Below are positions 35,510 through 51,801 of a stretch of DNA of 64,000 bases, in pieces; position 1 is the first letter of the stretch, and every line of letters starts with the position of its first letter. This stretch comes from the human T2T-CHM13v2.0 reference genome, Homo sapiens. Both the position numbers and the translations under genes were made by a program. The DNA is taken from the NCBI RefSeq assembly GCF_009914755.1, contig NC_060927.1. One strand, 5' to 3'. Under the pieces are notes generated by a model that made no database searches, was not told the DNA's origin, and saw only the letters and a program-made list of their open reading frames with translations.

Positions 35510-36319
35510 TGTGATGATTAGTTATGTGTCAACTTGTCTAGGCCACAGTACTGAGCTATTTGGCCAAACATTATCCTAAATGTTTCTTTGAAGATATTTT
35601 TTAGTTGATGATATGGTTTGGCTTTGTGTCCCCACCCAAACCTCATCTTAAATTGTAATCCCCATAATCCACACGTGGAGAGGGAGGGACCTGGTGGGAG
35701 GTGATTGGATCATGGGGACGGTTTCCCCCATGCTGTTCTCATGATACTGAGTGAGTTCTCATGAGACCTGATGGTTTTATAAGGGACTCTTTTCCCACTT
35801 GCTTTCTCTGTTTCCTGCCACCATGTGAAGAAGGTCCTTGCTTACCCTTTGCCTTCTGCCATGATTGTAAGTTTCCTAAGCCTCCCCAGCCATGTGGAAC
35901 TGTGAGTCAATTAAACCTCTTTCTTGTATGAATTACCCAGTCTTGGGTATTTCTTCATAGCAGTGTGAAAATGGAATAATACAGATGAGGTTAACATTTA
36001 AATCAGTAGACTTTGAGTATGGCCTCCATAATGTTGGTAGGCTTCATCTAATCAATTGAAGGCCTCAATAGAAAAAGATTGAATTCCACTCAAGAAGAGA
36101 GAATTCTGCCTCCAGCCTGCCTTTGAACTTGAGACTACAGCAAGTCTTCCTTGCACCTTCAGCCTGCTAGCCTACCCTGTAGGTTTTGGACTTGCTAGCC
36201 TTCACAATTGTGTGAACCAATTCTCAAAATCAATCTGTCCATGTATGTGTGTGTGTGTTTGTGTGTGTGTCCCCTGTTGGTTTTGTTTCTCTGGAGAACC
36301 CGGGCCTCTAATTAATACA
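35510..36319 (+). mobile_element. MLT2B-like ERVL LTR split by an MST/THE1 LTR
   Basis: TGTGATGATTAGTTATGTGTCAACTTG...TTCTCTGGAGAACCC...AATACA. Confidence 0.8.
35609..35983 (+). mobile_element. MSTA/THE1D solo LTR
   Basis: TGATATGGTTTGGCTTTGTGTCCCCACCCAAA...AATACA; TSD GTTGA/GATGA. Confidence 0.88.
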
Positions 36320-37268
36320 CCATCTTTTGGCTACTGGGAATAATGCTGCGATAAACATTGGTGTACAAATATCTATTTAAGTTTATGCTTTCAATTATTT
36401 TGGGTGTATAACCAGAAGTGGAATTATTGGATTACCCCTTATTTTTAATATTTTGAGGAACCATCCTACTGTTTTTTCACAGCAGCTGCACCATTTTATT
36501 TTACATCCCTACAGCAGTACACAAGGGTCTCAATTTCTCCACATTCTTACCAACACTTGTTATTTTCTGTTTTTAATGTAAAAAATAATAGACATCCTAA
36601 TGTGTGGGAAGCATCTTGTTGTGGTTTTGATTTGCATTTCCCTAATGTTTAGTGATGTTGAACACCATTTCATGTGCTTATTGGCCATTTGTAAATCTTT
36701 TGCCCATTTTAAAATTAGGGTTTTTTTTTCGTGTGTTGTAGAAGTTCTTTACATATTCTGGATATTAATTCCCTATCAGATATATTATTTGCAGATATTT
36801 TCTTCCATTCTTCGGGTTACCTTTCCACTGAGTTGGTAGTGTCTTTTGATGCATAACAGTTTAAAATGTTGATGGTCTAATTTCTTTATTTTTTTCTTTT
36901 TTGCCTGCACTTTTGGTGTCATATCTAAGATATGATTGCCAAATTCAATGTCCTGAAGCTTTTTCCATATGCCTTCTTCTGAGAATTTTATAGTTTTAGC
37001 TCATATGTATAAGTCTTTGTTCCATTTTGAGTTAATTTTGTAAATGGCATAAGGTAATAGGTGTTCACCTTCATTCTTTTGCATGTGGATAGTTAAGCAA
37101 TTCATTAATAATTTTTATCAACGATTATAATGTTTGTCTCTATGTAGATATCATAAGCATAGACATAGCCATAGTTTAAAAATATTAATTCATTCTTGAC
37201 ATCATTTTTCTAATTATATCTAAAGTACTGATTTTTTCTTATAGAATTACTAAAAAATTCTGTACTTG

Positions 37269-37566
<298 letters not shown>

Positions 37567-38039
37567 TTATAGCTTTTAGTATTTCCAAGAAAGAAAAACT
37601 ATTCTTGTGGTCAAATGGCATTGGTGGCTGATAGCTATTTTTTTTAAAACTATTTTTACCTTTTTGTGGTGTTTAGAATTAAAAAAGCAACATCCCCATG
37701 TTGCAAAAAATTGAAATAGATTGTAGAGTCAAAAGTAATGGTTCCCCTTCTATTTACATGGTTTCTTCCCTTCCACTACTCTCCCCACAATTAAACTTTG
37801 TTAATAGTCTGCTCTATATTTTTCTAGACCTTCTCCAAGAGTCCATTCACAGGTATAGATTTAAACATAAATATTATTTTAAAATATACATGGGACCATA
37901 TTTTATGCATTGTTCAGACCTTGTTTTTTTAAAAAGTCTCAGCGGTATCAAATACACACATCTCAGTCTGTCCACTGAGACCCAGAGATCTCGTGAACAT
38001 ACTGTGTCCTGGAGAACAGACACTAGCACTCAAGTGAAA

Positions 38040-38146
38040 GAATGTTCTTTTTCTATAACACGTAACAGTGGTATTGGGTTACATTTGTTGAATGAATGTT
38101 CTTTTTCTATAACACGTAACAGTGGTATTGGGTTACATTTGTTGAA
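38040..38146. repeat. Perfect 54-bp tandem duplication
   Basis: GAATGTTCTTTTTCTATAACACGTAACAGTGGTATTGGGTTACATTTGTTGAA twice. Confidence 0.97.
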
Positions 38147-38551
38147 CGAGGCCTGTTTGCCCTGTTCCCTCTCTCTGGACTCTTGGCTCCTCTCTGTGAG
38201 CCATCAGATTGACTGTTTCCAGTCTCGTCTGACTTTCAATGTCCCTGCCAAGGACTCTCACATTCGTCTGTCTCAGAGAAAGCTCGGAAGACAACAAATC
38301 CTTTCCCGCATCCACCCATCACCGCTTCTGAGCAGCCTGGGCCCCTCTGGTGCCATCAACAATCTTGAAGTGGCAACAGGTCCAGAGGCAAATGACTCCT
38401 TCCTTCCTGCTGTTTTATGCAAAGATTGCTATCTTCTGTGGCTTAGTTTATTTCTCCTTCAAGAGAAATTTAAAAAAAATGACCAGCAAGGTGGTGCTTT
38501 CCACAGCAAGGAAGTGGGTGGTATGCCTGCACCTTTCTCCAGAATTCCTGG

Positions 38552-38809
38552 AATTCCAAAGGCTTAAAAACATACACAATATTTTATTAAATTCTTTTTA
38601 GTAGATGAGAAAATTGATTTTTAAAAATTATGCTTATGGAAATTGATGTTTAGAAAGGTAAACTGTACTACTTGTAAAATTCCACAGGCTTAAAAACACC
38701 TACACAATATTTTATTAAATTCTTTTTAGTAGATGAGAAAATTGATTTTTAAAAAATACGATATGCTTAAGGAAATTGATGTTTAGAAAGGTAAACTGTA
38801 CTACTTGTA
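38552..38809. repeat. ~126-bp imperfect tandem duplication
   Basis: AATTCCA.AGGCTTAAAAACA...GGTAAACTGTACTACTTGTA starting at 38552 and 38678. Confidence 0.95.
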
Positions 38810-38914
38810 TAGTAAGCAAAGAATATGAAAATTTGTCTGATTTTAGTTCTCTTTTCATTCAACATTCCCGTTGCCTCCGAAAGATAGCACATTGCCCTTG
38901 AGAATTCTACAGAC

Positions 38915-39093
38915 TAGTCCTGTGGTACCTAACCAATGTACAGCTGAATTGCCTGTGGAATATTTAAAAAATACACCCATGCTTGTCCTGCCCCTGGAGA
39001 TTCTAATTCAGAAGGTGTGGAGTGAGGCCAAGGCATCTGTGAAAAGCTCCCCAGAGAGCTGATGGTTGGCCTGGGTTGAGAACCATGGATCTA
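38915..39093. mobile_element. MER5A-like hAT element
   Basis: GAGATTCTAATTCAGAAGG...GGGTTGAGAACCATGG. Confidence 0.65.
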
Positions 39094-40092
39094 GTGGGAG
39101 GAGTTTCCCAGCTAAAGTTCCAAACCCTCACAGGTGAGCTGGTGTCCTTCATTGCTGATGATGCTTAGAACTGGCCTCAAGCAGTCACAGTTGGAGGAAA
39201 GCTCTACCTAAGGTCCTAATTAAAAACACATAAATTGGATGGAAACTCCTTCTTCTTGGGATGTTTACAGAGGTTACCTTTTTATCCTGTTGCCTTATTC
39301 CCATGAAAACTCACTTGTCTAACTAAGCTGAAAGGTGGAATCTTTCTCACCAATATTTGTAGAGCTCCTATTAACTTCACTTTTTTGGGAGCCAAACTTC
39401 CCTCAGTGCCGCAGTTATTTCGTGGTAGTAACATAGGTGTTTAGGAGACATCTGAATTCCCTCTCAATGACCTAAAAGTATAATTAGTCCATTTTCTGAC
39501 ATGAGTCAACAACTAGGGTTGCCACATAGACCCAATTCTTAGTAGAGACTGTGTCTATCTCGGACTCAGAGTTGACCACTAATTACATTTCAGTAAAAAA
39601 ATATTACTTTTAATTTATCTTAAATTTCACAGAGGAAAAAGAAACCAAGGTGAAATTTAAGGAATTTCTGAACTTCAGACAAATATCTCTTGAAACAAGA
39701 CACGTTAGTTCCTTAAAGATTCCTCTAAAAAATATCAAACTGTTGGGATTATTAACTACTCTCATAAAATTCAGAATACATTCTTCATATCCAAATAGAC
39801 CTACATTTTATATAACTACCCTCACACTTTAAATTAAAAAAAGAAAAAGTTCCAGATCTGACTTTGATATGTCTAGGTATGGATCTTTTTTTTTTTTTTA
39901 AACACCTTTTCTCCTGATATGTCCTTTCAATTTGAGGATCCATGTCTTTCTTCATCTCAGGGAGTTTTTCACCAATTATCTAATTTTTTCTTTCTCTCTC
40001 CTTACAAACCAGGCATAATTCAGACTAATGATCATGGCAGAATGTTAAAGGCAGATTAAAAGAAACCAAAATTGAGAGCTACATCATAATAA

Positions 40093-40443
<351 letters not shown>

Positions 40444-40579
40444 CTAAATACTTTATATTAATGAAAATTAAGTAATATTAAAAATGTTAGCAAGGAAGAA
40501 AAAAATTATAGAAAATGCTCACAGCAAAATCATGCCATGGCTAAACCTTGGGGATAAAGACCAGAGGAAGACAGAGTGA

Positions 40580-41190
<611 letters not shown>

Positions 41191-43329
41191 TAAGCCTCAT
41201 TTTCCTCAACAGAAAATTGGGCCTGTTTCTCCTTCCTTCTAAATGTCATTGCAGAGGTTTCATGAAGCAATGTGTGTGATGGGACTTTGTCCAATGTAAG
41301 ATACTTTGCAGAAGTGAGTGATTCTGTGACCACAATCTTGCTATGAAGCTTTTTCTTCACAGGAAGATACATGAACAACTAATGACTGAGTGACTGTTGG
41401 TTAGGTTTCAACCTCTTCTCAGGCTTCTTCTTGTTTTACCCTCATGGACAACTTGTCGGGAAGAGGCTATTATTATTCCCATTTTATTGATAAGCCCAGA
41501 GAGGTTAAGTAACTCATGCAAGGTCACACCGTGGTGAAATCAGTATTTAAATACAGGGTAGCTTCACTCCAGTGTCTGAACTGTTAACATTTATGCCATG
41601 TGTAACATTATTTTCAGGAATGAAACAATGTTATTGGTTGCCACTTTTCAGAGAATTGGCAAGTGCTCAGGTTTAATGCAGGTGGGCAGAGGCAGAGGTG
41701 TCACTGGGTGCTCTAGCCTCTGTATCCTGAACTTCCAGCTTCCTCTTACTGTCCATTTGTGATCCTGGGAGAGAGAAACACTGTCTCCTCTGTGCCTGAT
41801 CCACTCTTGTTCAAGTGTCCAGCACCCTTTCCCTGAATTACTGCAAAGACCTCTCAAATTATCTGTGGTAAAGGACCATTTCCCACCCCACCCCCTGAGT
41901 CCATTGTAGCCTTATATTTTTATAAAAAAAAAAAAAAGTCTTGCTTGGATATCGCCACAATGTTAAACTACTTCAAGATATTTAAAAGCCTCTAAACACT
42001 TCATCTCAGTTCCTGTCCTTGTAGATGGTAACAGCTTGCAGACTAGGACTGGTCCACAGGGTGTGGTTGAAATAGCACTGCTGCAAGGGTCTCCTGACTT
42101 TGATTCTTTCCCCGTATAACCTATGCACCACAGAGTGGCCAGAGTGGTTCTTGAAAAATACAACTAAAAGTCACATTGTTTCCCTGGTTACACCCTCCAG
42201 TAGCTTCCTATTGCATTTAAAATAAAATCCAGATATTTACCAACGGCCCAAAAGTCCCTGGGTCATCTGGCCCTGCCTGTATCCACCCGCTTTCATCTCC
42301 TCCCTTGCCCGCTGGATATCTCCAATGCTAATGAAACATAGGTAGGCTTGGGTAAAAGTTGTTTCAAACAGGGAACACATAATAATCTGGGATGTGAGAT
42401 ACACTCTGTTTTGTCCTTTCCTCTACTGGATCAAGCATGGACAAGTGCTTCTATCACTTTCTTTCCAGCAGCGAGAGCCATGCCACTAATTTCTGAATGA
42501 GCAAGATGACCAAAACCAAGTCTCAGAAAAGATTTGTGCAAAACTGTGCTTATGTAGTGTAGCCTGTTGCCTCTCTGGTGAACTCAGCCTGAAGATGCCT
42601 GTATTCTGTTGAAGTCTCATACCTGCTTTTTAGACTCTTTGTTTCCTCCCCCAGAAAATGGGTCTGTCGTGGGTCGAGATGATGGAGGGGTCATTCCAAA
42701 TGTTCCTGAGATTGGAGAACAAAAGGTTGACCGTGTGGTTGTTGTCACAGACTCATTGCTGGGGAGTGTGGCTACCATTGCTGCATTGGTTATTTAATGA
42801 CTGAGGGGGAAACACAAATTTTGGTTAAACAATTTCCTGGTGGGTTTAGTGCTTGCTGCCCAGAGAGCCTCTTGTGTGGAGGCACCCGGGAGAGACACCC
42901 ATCTCACCACGTGCTCTACCATGGCAATGAATGAGAAAGAAGCAGCTACATGGAAAATGGTTCATTTAGCAACAGACAGCCATAGTTTCTAGGAAACTGA
43001 CTTCCCACTGTTCTCCCTAACATCCCCCCAACCCATGACTTTTTAATCCATTGCCTATTCCAATGATTTTTGGACTTTCAGAAGAAGATTTCATTGTCTT
43101 TTGCTAATTAATTGCCATGGCAATGGCAACAATTCTCACATTTTAGTGGCAGGAAATTTATGTTTAATAGAATGGAGAATGTGATGTAGCAAAGTGCGTC
43201 TTTGCCAAGCATCCCAGGTGATTCTGGCATAGGTGGTCCAAGGACCTTACTTTGAAAAACACTGGTTTTAGGATTGTCTGTTCTGTGTAATGATACTGGT
43301 ATTGAGTGCAAAGAGTTTTAAAGAAGTTC

Positions 43330-44090
43330 TGTTTCTGCCCAAGATGGAGTAACAGGGCCAGATTTACCCTTTTGCCTGACACAACCAAAAATGTCAGATA
43401 AAATACATGAAATAATGATTTTTGAAACACCAGTCATCAGGTGATGAACAGCAGTAATCTCTAAGAAATAGGAGACAAAAAGGCGTACACTCGGACTGCT
43501 CCAGCTTACTGCATGGAGAGAATTTCCAGGCTGAGACTCAGGGAAAGGAACTCAAGTGCAATTCAGACTCCCAATTTGAGGAGAAGGTGTGAAGAGGCTG
43601 GGGAAACCAAGGTGGTTAGAGTTCATGGAACAGAGTACCAGGAATGAGAGAGCTGCATGGAGAGAGAGGACCCCGATAACTGCAGAGGGGGCCCTCAAGG
43701 ATTCAGCATCGTACTGACCAGCACCTGTATGTGGGGAAACTACTGGAGACCTGGGGGCCAAGCTTGTGGGGGGAAGAGAACAGAGCCTGGCTCTCACCAA
43801 AGGCTGGGAATATTGCCTGTTCCTTCCAGCCAGACTGGGAAACCCATAATCCACAGGGTATTGGTAGAACAGTCAGGAGGGCCTTGCCTCAGTAGTGGGG
43901 AATAATTAGCAGTCTAGAGCACTGCTCCATATTTGCCTAATAAATCATAAAAAAGCAATTTGCAAAAGTATTAAACTGCATCTAAGTTACTTAAGCTCAT
44001 CCCAGAACAGAGTTCAAGAATATTTATGGGAATAAAAAAAAAATCCGGTGCCAAACAAGGTAAAATTCACAGTATCTGACACCCCAAAAT
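43330..44090 (+). mobile_element. Ancient L1M 5'-region fragment
   Basis: CCCAAGATGGAGTAACAGGG start; AACAAGGTAAAATTCACAGTATCTG. Confidence 0.55.
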
Positions 44091-47000
44091 AGTAATGTAG
44101 TTTAAAGTGGAAACACACCACTCTCCCTGACTGTCCTGGAGGTGAACTTCCATGCACATTTTTGTACCCTTAAAGAGTCCAACAGTTTAAACCTTCAGTG
44201 TAACATTTTATACATAACAATCTAGAGACTGCCAAACCATGGTCTGTGTTGATATTTATCTTGGCTTCTGAGATAGCACTTCCTCTTTCATGTCTATGAG
44301 TGTTTCAGAAAATATTTTTTCTGTGTTTGACACCTTCAACCTTGCCATTGCATTATGGTAAGGTAGATTCAGCTAAGATATTGGCTAATTACATTGTGCA
44401 TCCTAAGAGGTTGGAGCTAAGAGTCGTAGGTAATGGTGATGGTTGGGTGAGATGGGACAAGTTTTCTGAGGTCAATGTATGACTCAGATTCAAAGGCTTG
44501 GAGAGCAGTAAGGACCAAACCAGGCAGGCCAAGATCTTGGACAGGTCTGAGGGGGCTAGCTAAGCCAAGTTCTAGAACCAGAAGCCCTTTGGAACCCAAC
44601 AGGAACATACAGAGAGTGAAGTGAGTAAAGTCTTGTTAGGACTTGGTCAAGACTAAAGAGTCAGGGTTTGTTCATTGGCAGAAGTTGGAGGCTGGGTCAG
44701 AGAGGAGTGTTCTGGGATCATGCATGGACTTACTGCTCTAGAGGTTCATAACTGAGCTCCACAATATGAGCCTGGGATGTACATTCTTCCTCTGAGATTT
44801 GGAAGGTTTTAAATTTGGTTTCCAGGCCTATTTGTCCGATTCTCTCCCATGCCCCAAATTCAACCTGACACTCTGTCATTAGGATGTCCCTAGTTAGACA
44901 CTTGACTGCCAGAACAAACATGTTTTCTTCAGATTGTCTGGCACCTGGGCATTCTTTCCCACTCTGCCTATACAGAAATGTGGCTTTTCTGCATACAATT
45001 TACAAATCTTTTGGCTGCTGGAAAACACTAAGTTTCTTAAAATATTGTAGCCCAGATGAATTTGTGGGAAAGTTCCTACTTGAAGATGATCACAAGATAT
45101 TACTGTTATTTGATAGAAATTTTACCTGCTCCGGGAGATGAGAATGGGACTCAAGGATTAGTCTTTGGGAAAAGTGGAAATGAGTTGATCTTTTAAAGGA
45201 GGGGGTCTTAAAATCACTTTTTCACCTAGAAAGGTTTTCAATAAATGTTCTTGGAGCTCTTTATTTTCATTCCCAATGGCTATTGTACCATGGATTGAGT
45301 AACTAGAGTTGGGATGCAGGGATGAAGAATGGATGCTAGTCAGTGTTGTCATGACCACCATGATGGTCTGGATGGCGAGAACAATTCACTTACAGTTTTT
45401 AATAATGACAAAGACAACAACACTAGAAAGTAGATAGAGTAAGTTTATACTTTAATTTCTTTCAGATCAGTATGGACTAGAGGAGCTTCTGCCCTCTCTA
45501 TGTTTTCCAAAGAGAGAAAAATAGATACAGAAGAGATTAAGAGAGCATAGGAGGGGGCTTCAAGATATTTGACTAGAGACATCTGTTATTCACCTTCTCC
45601 ACAAAAGAGGACCAAAACAGCAACTAGATAAGCACGATGTCAAATAGAGTATTTAAGAGAGAACACAGGAACTCAGCAGGAAAGTGACAGAAAACCTCTC
45701 AGGCATGGAAGGAGAGGAAAGCAAAGCAGCTGGCCCAGCTGAGATCGGAGCCAGGAGAGACTCCTCAGTGCAGGAAAAGGGAAGGGAGAGAGCCCCATGT
45801 TCCACATTTCCACCATGGACTACTGCAATCCTAGCTACAGAGTGCCCTTTGGCTCTCACAGACCCTGAGACTAGTATAGGAAACTTCCTGGAGCCCACAC
45901 GATGGCATTGTCTCAGAGAGGGATTTCACCATGGGTCACACACATAGCCCAAGACTGAAGCAACTGCAGCGTGGTGCCCTTTCGAGAGCCCAGGCCCGAC
46001 AAGACTGCATCTTGCCGTGGAGTCCAACAGCCCATGCATCTCCATATCCCTGGAGCCCCACTGACATCCCCTTACATCTACTCAGATGGTTGCAAAATAC
46101 CAATGACATTCTTCACAGAAATAGAAAACACAATGCTAAAAATTGTATGGAACCAAAAAAGGACCTAAATAGCCAAATCAATAGTAAGCAAAAAGAACAA
46201 AGCTGGAGGCATCTACTACCTGGCTTCAAAATATACCACAGACCTATAGTAAGCAAAACAACATGGCATTGGTATAAAAACAGACACATAGAGAAGTGGA
46301 ACAGAATAGAGAATTCAGAAATAAATCCACATATTTACAGTCAACTGATTTTCAACAAAGGCATCAAAAACATATATTGGGGAAAGGAAACCCTGTTCAA
46401 TAAGTGGTGCTGGGAAAACTGGATATTCATGTGCAGAAGAATGAAACTGTCTGAATGAATAGACCCCTGTCTCTCACTATATAAAAAAAAAAAACTCAAA
46501 ATGGATTAAAAACTTTAAGACCTGAAACTATAAAACTACTAGAAGACAACATAGGGGAAACACTTCAGGGCATTGGTCTAGGCAATGGTATTATGATTAA
46601 GACCTCAAAAGCACACATAACAAAAACAAAAATAGACAAGTGGGGTTATATTAAACTAGAAAGCTTCTGTATAGCAAGGGAATAAACAGAATGAAGAGAC
46701 AAACTTCGAATGGAAGAAAGTATTTTTTAACTATTCATTTGACAAGGGACTAATATCCAGAATATACAACGAACTCCATCAACTTAACAGAAAAAAAATC
46801 CCATCAGATATTTCCCAAAAGAAGACATACGAATGACTAACAGGCATATGAAAAACTGCTGAATATCACTAATCATTAAAGAACTGCAAATCAAAACCAC
46901 AATGAGATATTATCTCACCCCAGTTGGAATGGCTGTTATGAAAATGACCAAAAGTAATAAATGCTGGCAAGGACATGGAGAAAAGAGAACTCTTACACAT

Positions 47001-47547
47001 TGTTGGTGAGAATGTAAATTAGTATAGCCATTATGGAAAACAATATGGGGGTTTCTCAAAAAAATAAATGCAGAACTACCATAGAGTCCAGCAATTTCGC
47101 TACTGGATATTTATCCAAAGGAAAAGAAATCAGTATATCAAGGGGATACCTGTACTCCCATGTTTATTGCAGCACTATTCACAATAGCCAAGGTATGGAA
47201 TCAACCTAAGTGTCTATCAATGAATGAATGAATGGGTAAAGAAAATGTGGTATATAGATATACGATGAAATATTGAGGGATGGAGGAGCCAAGATGGCCA
47301 AATAGGAACAGCTCCAGTCTACAGCTCCCAGCGTGAGTGATGCAGAAGACAGGTGATTTCTGCATTTCCATCTGAGGTACCGGGTTCATCTCACTAGGGA
47401 GTGCCAGACAGTGGGTGCAGGTCAGTGGGTGCGCGCACCGTGCATGAGCTGAAGCAGGCTGAGGCATTGCCTCACTCGGGAAGTGCAAGGGGTCAGGGAC
47501 TTCCCTTTCCTAGTCAAAGAAAGGGGCGACAGACGGCACCTGGAAAA

Positions 47548-47730
47548 TCAGGTCACTCCCACCCGAATACTGCGCTTTTCCAACGGGCTTAAAAAACGGC
47601 GCACCAGGAGATTATATCCCACGCATGGCTCGGAGGGTCCTACGCCCACGGAGTCTTGCTGATTGCTAGCACAGCAGTCTGAGATCAAACTGCAAGGTGG
47701 CAGCGAGGTTGGGGGAGGAGCGCCCGCCAT
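47548..47730 (-). pseudogene. L1 ORF0, truncated at 60 aa
   Basis: MAGAPPPTSLPPCSLISDCCASNQQDSVGVGPSEP...IRVGVT*. Confidence 0.8.
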
Positions 47731-49254
47731 TGTCCAGGCTTGCTTAGGTAAACAAAGCAGCTGAGAAGCTCGAACTGGGTGGAGCCCACCACAGCTCAAG
47801 GAGGCCTGCCTGCCTCTGTAGGCTCCACCTCTGGGGGCAGGGCACAGACAAACAAAAAGACAGCAGTAACCTTTGCAGACTTAAATGTCCCTGTCTGACA
47901 GCTTTGAAGAGAGCAGTGGTTCTCCCAGCATGCAGCTGGAGATCTGAGAATGGGCAGACTGCCTCCTCAAGTGGGTCCCTGACCCCTGACCCCCGAGCAG
48001 CCTAACTGGGAGGCACCCCCCAGCAGGGGCAGACTGACACCTCACATGGCTGGGTACTCCAACAGACCTGCAGCTGAGGGTCCTGTCTGTTAGAAGGAAA
48101 ACTAACAAACAGAAAAGACATCCACACCAAAAACCCATCTGTACATCACCATCATCAAAGACCAAAAGTAGATAAAACCACAAAGATGGGGAAAAAACAG
48201 AGCAGAAAAACTGGAAACTCTAAAAATCAGAGCGCCTCTCCTCCTCCAAAGGAACGCACGCAGTTCCTCACCAGCAATGGAACAAAGCTGGATGGAGAAT
48301 GACTTTGACGAGCTGAGAGAAGAAGGCTTCAGATGATCAAATTACTCTGAGCTACGGGAGGACATTCAAACCAAAGTCAAAGAAGTTGAAAACTTTGAAA
48401 AAAATTTAGAAGAATGTATAACTAGAATAACCAATACAGAGAAGTGCTTAAAGGAGCTGATGGAGCTGAAAACCAAGGCTCGAGAACTACGTGAAGAATG
48501 CAGAAGCCTCAGGAGCTGATGCGATCAACTGGAAGAAAGGTTATCAGCAGTGGAAGATGAAATGAATGAAATGAAGTGAGAAGGGAAGTTTAGAGAAAAA
48601 AGAATAAAAAGAAACGAGCAAAGCCTCCAAGAAATATGGGACTATGTGAAAAGACCAAATCTACGTCTGATTGGTGTACCTGAAAGTGACAGGGAGAATG
48701 GAACCAAGTTGGAAAACACTCTTCAGGATATTATCCAGGAGAACTTCCCCAATCTAGCAAGGCAGGCCAACATTCAGATTCAGGAAATACAGAGAATGCC
48801 ACAAAGATACTCCTCGAGAAGAGCAACTCCAAGACACATAATTGTCAGATTCACCAAAGTTGAAATGAAGGAAAAAATGTTAAGGGCAGCCAGAGAGAAA
48901 GGTTGGGTTACCCTCAAAGGGAAGCCCATCAGACTAACAGCGGATGTCTCGGCAGAAACTCTACGAGCCAGAAGAGAGTGGGGGCCAATATTCAACATTC
49001 TTAAAGACAAGAATTTTCAACCCAGAATTTCATATCCAGCCAAACTAAGCTTCATAAGTGAAGGAGAAATAAAATCCTTTACAGACAAGCAAATGCTGAG
49101 AGATTTTGTCACCACCAGGCCTGCCCTAAAAGAGCTCCTGAAGGAAGCGCTAAACATGGAAAGGAACAACTGGTACCAGCCGCTGCAAAATCATGCCAAA
49201 ATGTAAAGACCAACGAGACTAGGAAGAAACTGCATGAACTAATGAGCAAAATAA

Positions 49255-51246
<1,992 letters not shown>

Positions 51247-51249
51247 TGA

Positions 51250-51534
<285 letters not shown>

Positions 51535-51537
51535 TAA

Positions 51538-51801
<264 letters not shown>

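Larger units (their letters stand above)
35057..37090 (-). mobile_element. L1MB 3' region, host of nested MLT2 and MST/THE1
   Basis: TTGTGGTAAAATATATAACATAAAATTTACCATCTTAACCATTTTTAAG; L1 resumes after 36320. Confidence 0.85.

Noticed and set aside
37698-38567. 289-aa ORF, the longest outside L1
   Set aside because: No recognisable domain, runs through degenerate repeat sequence and the in-frame 54-bp duplication; no exon-like boundaries. Most likely a chance ORF.
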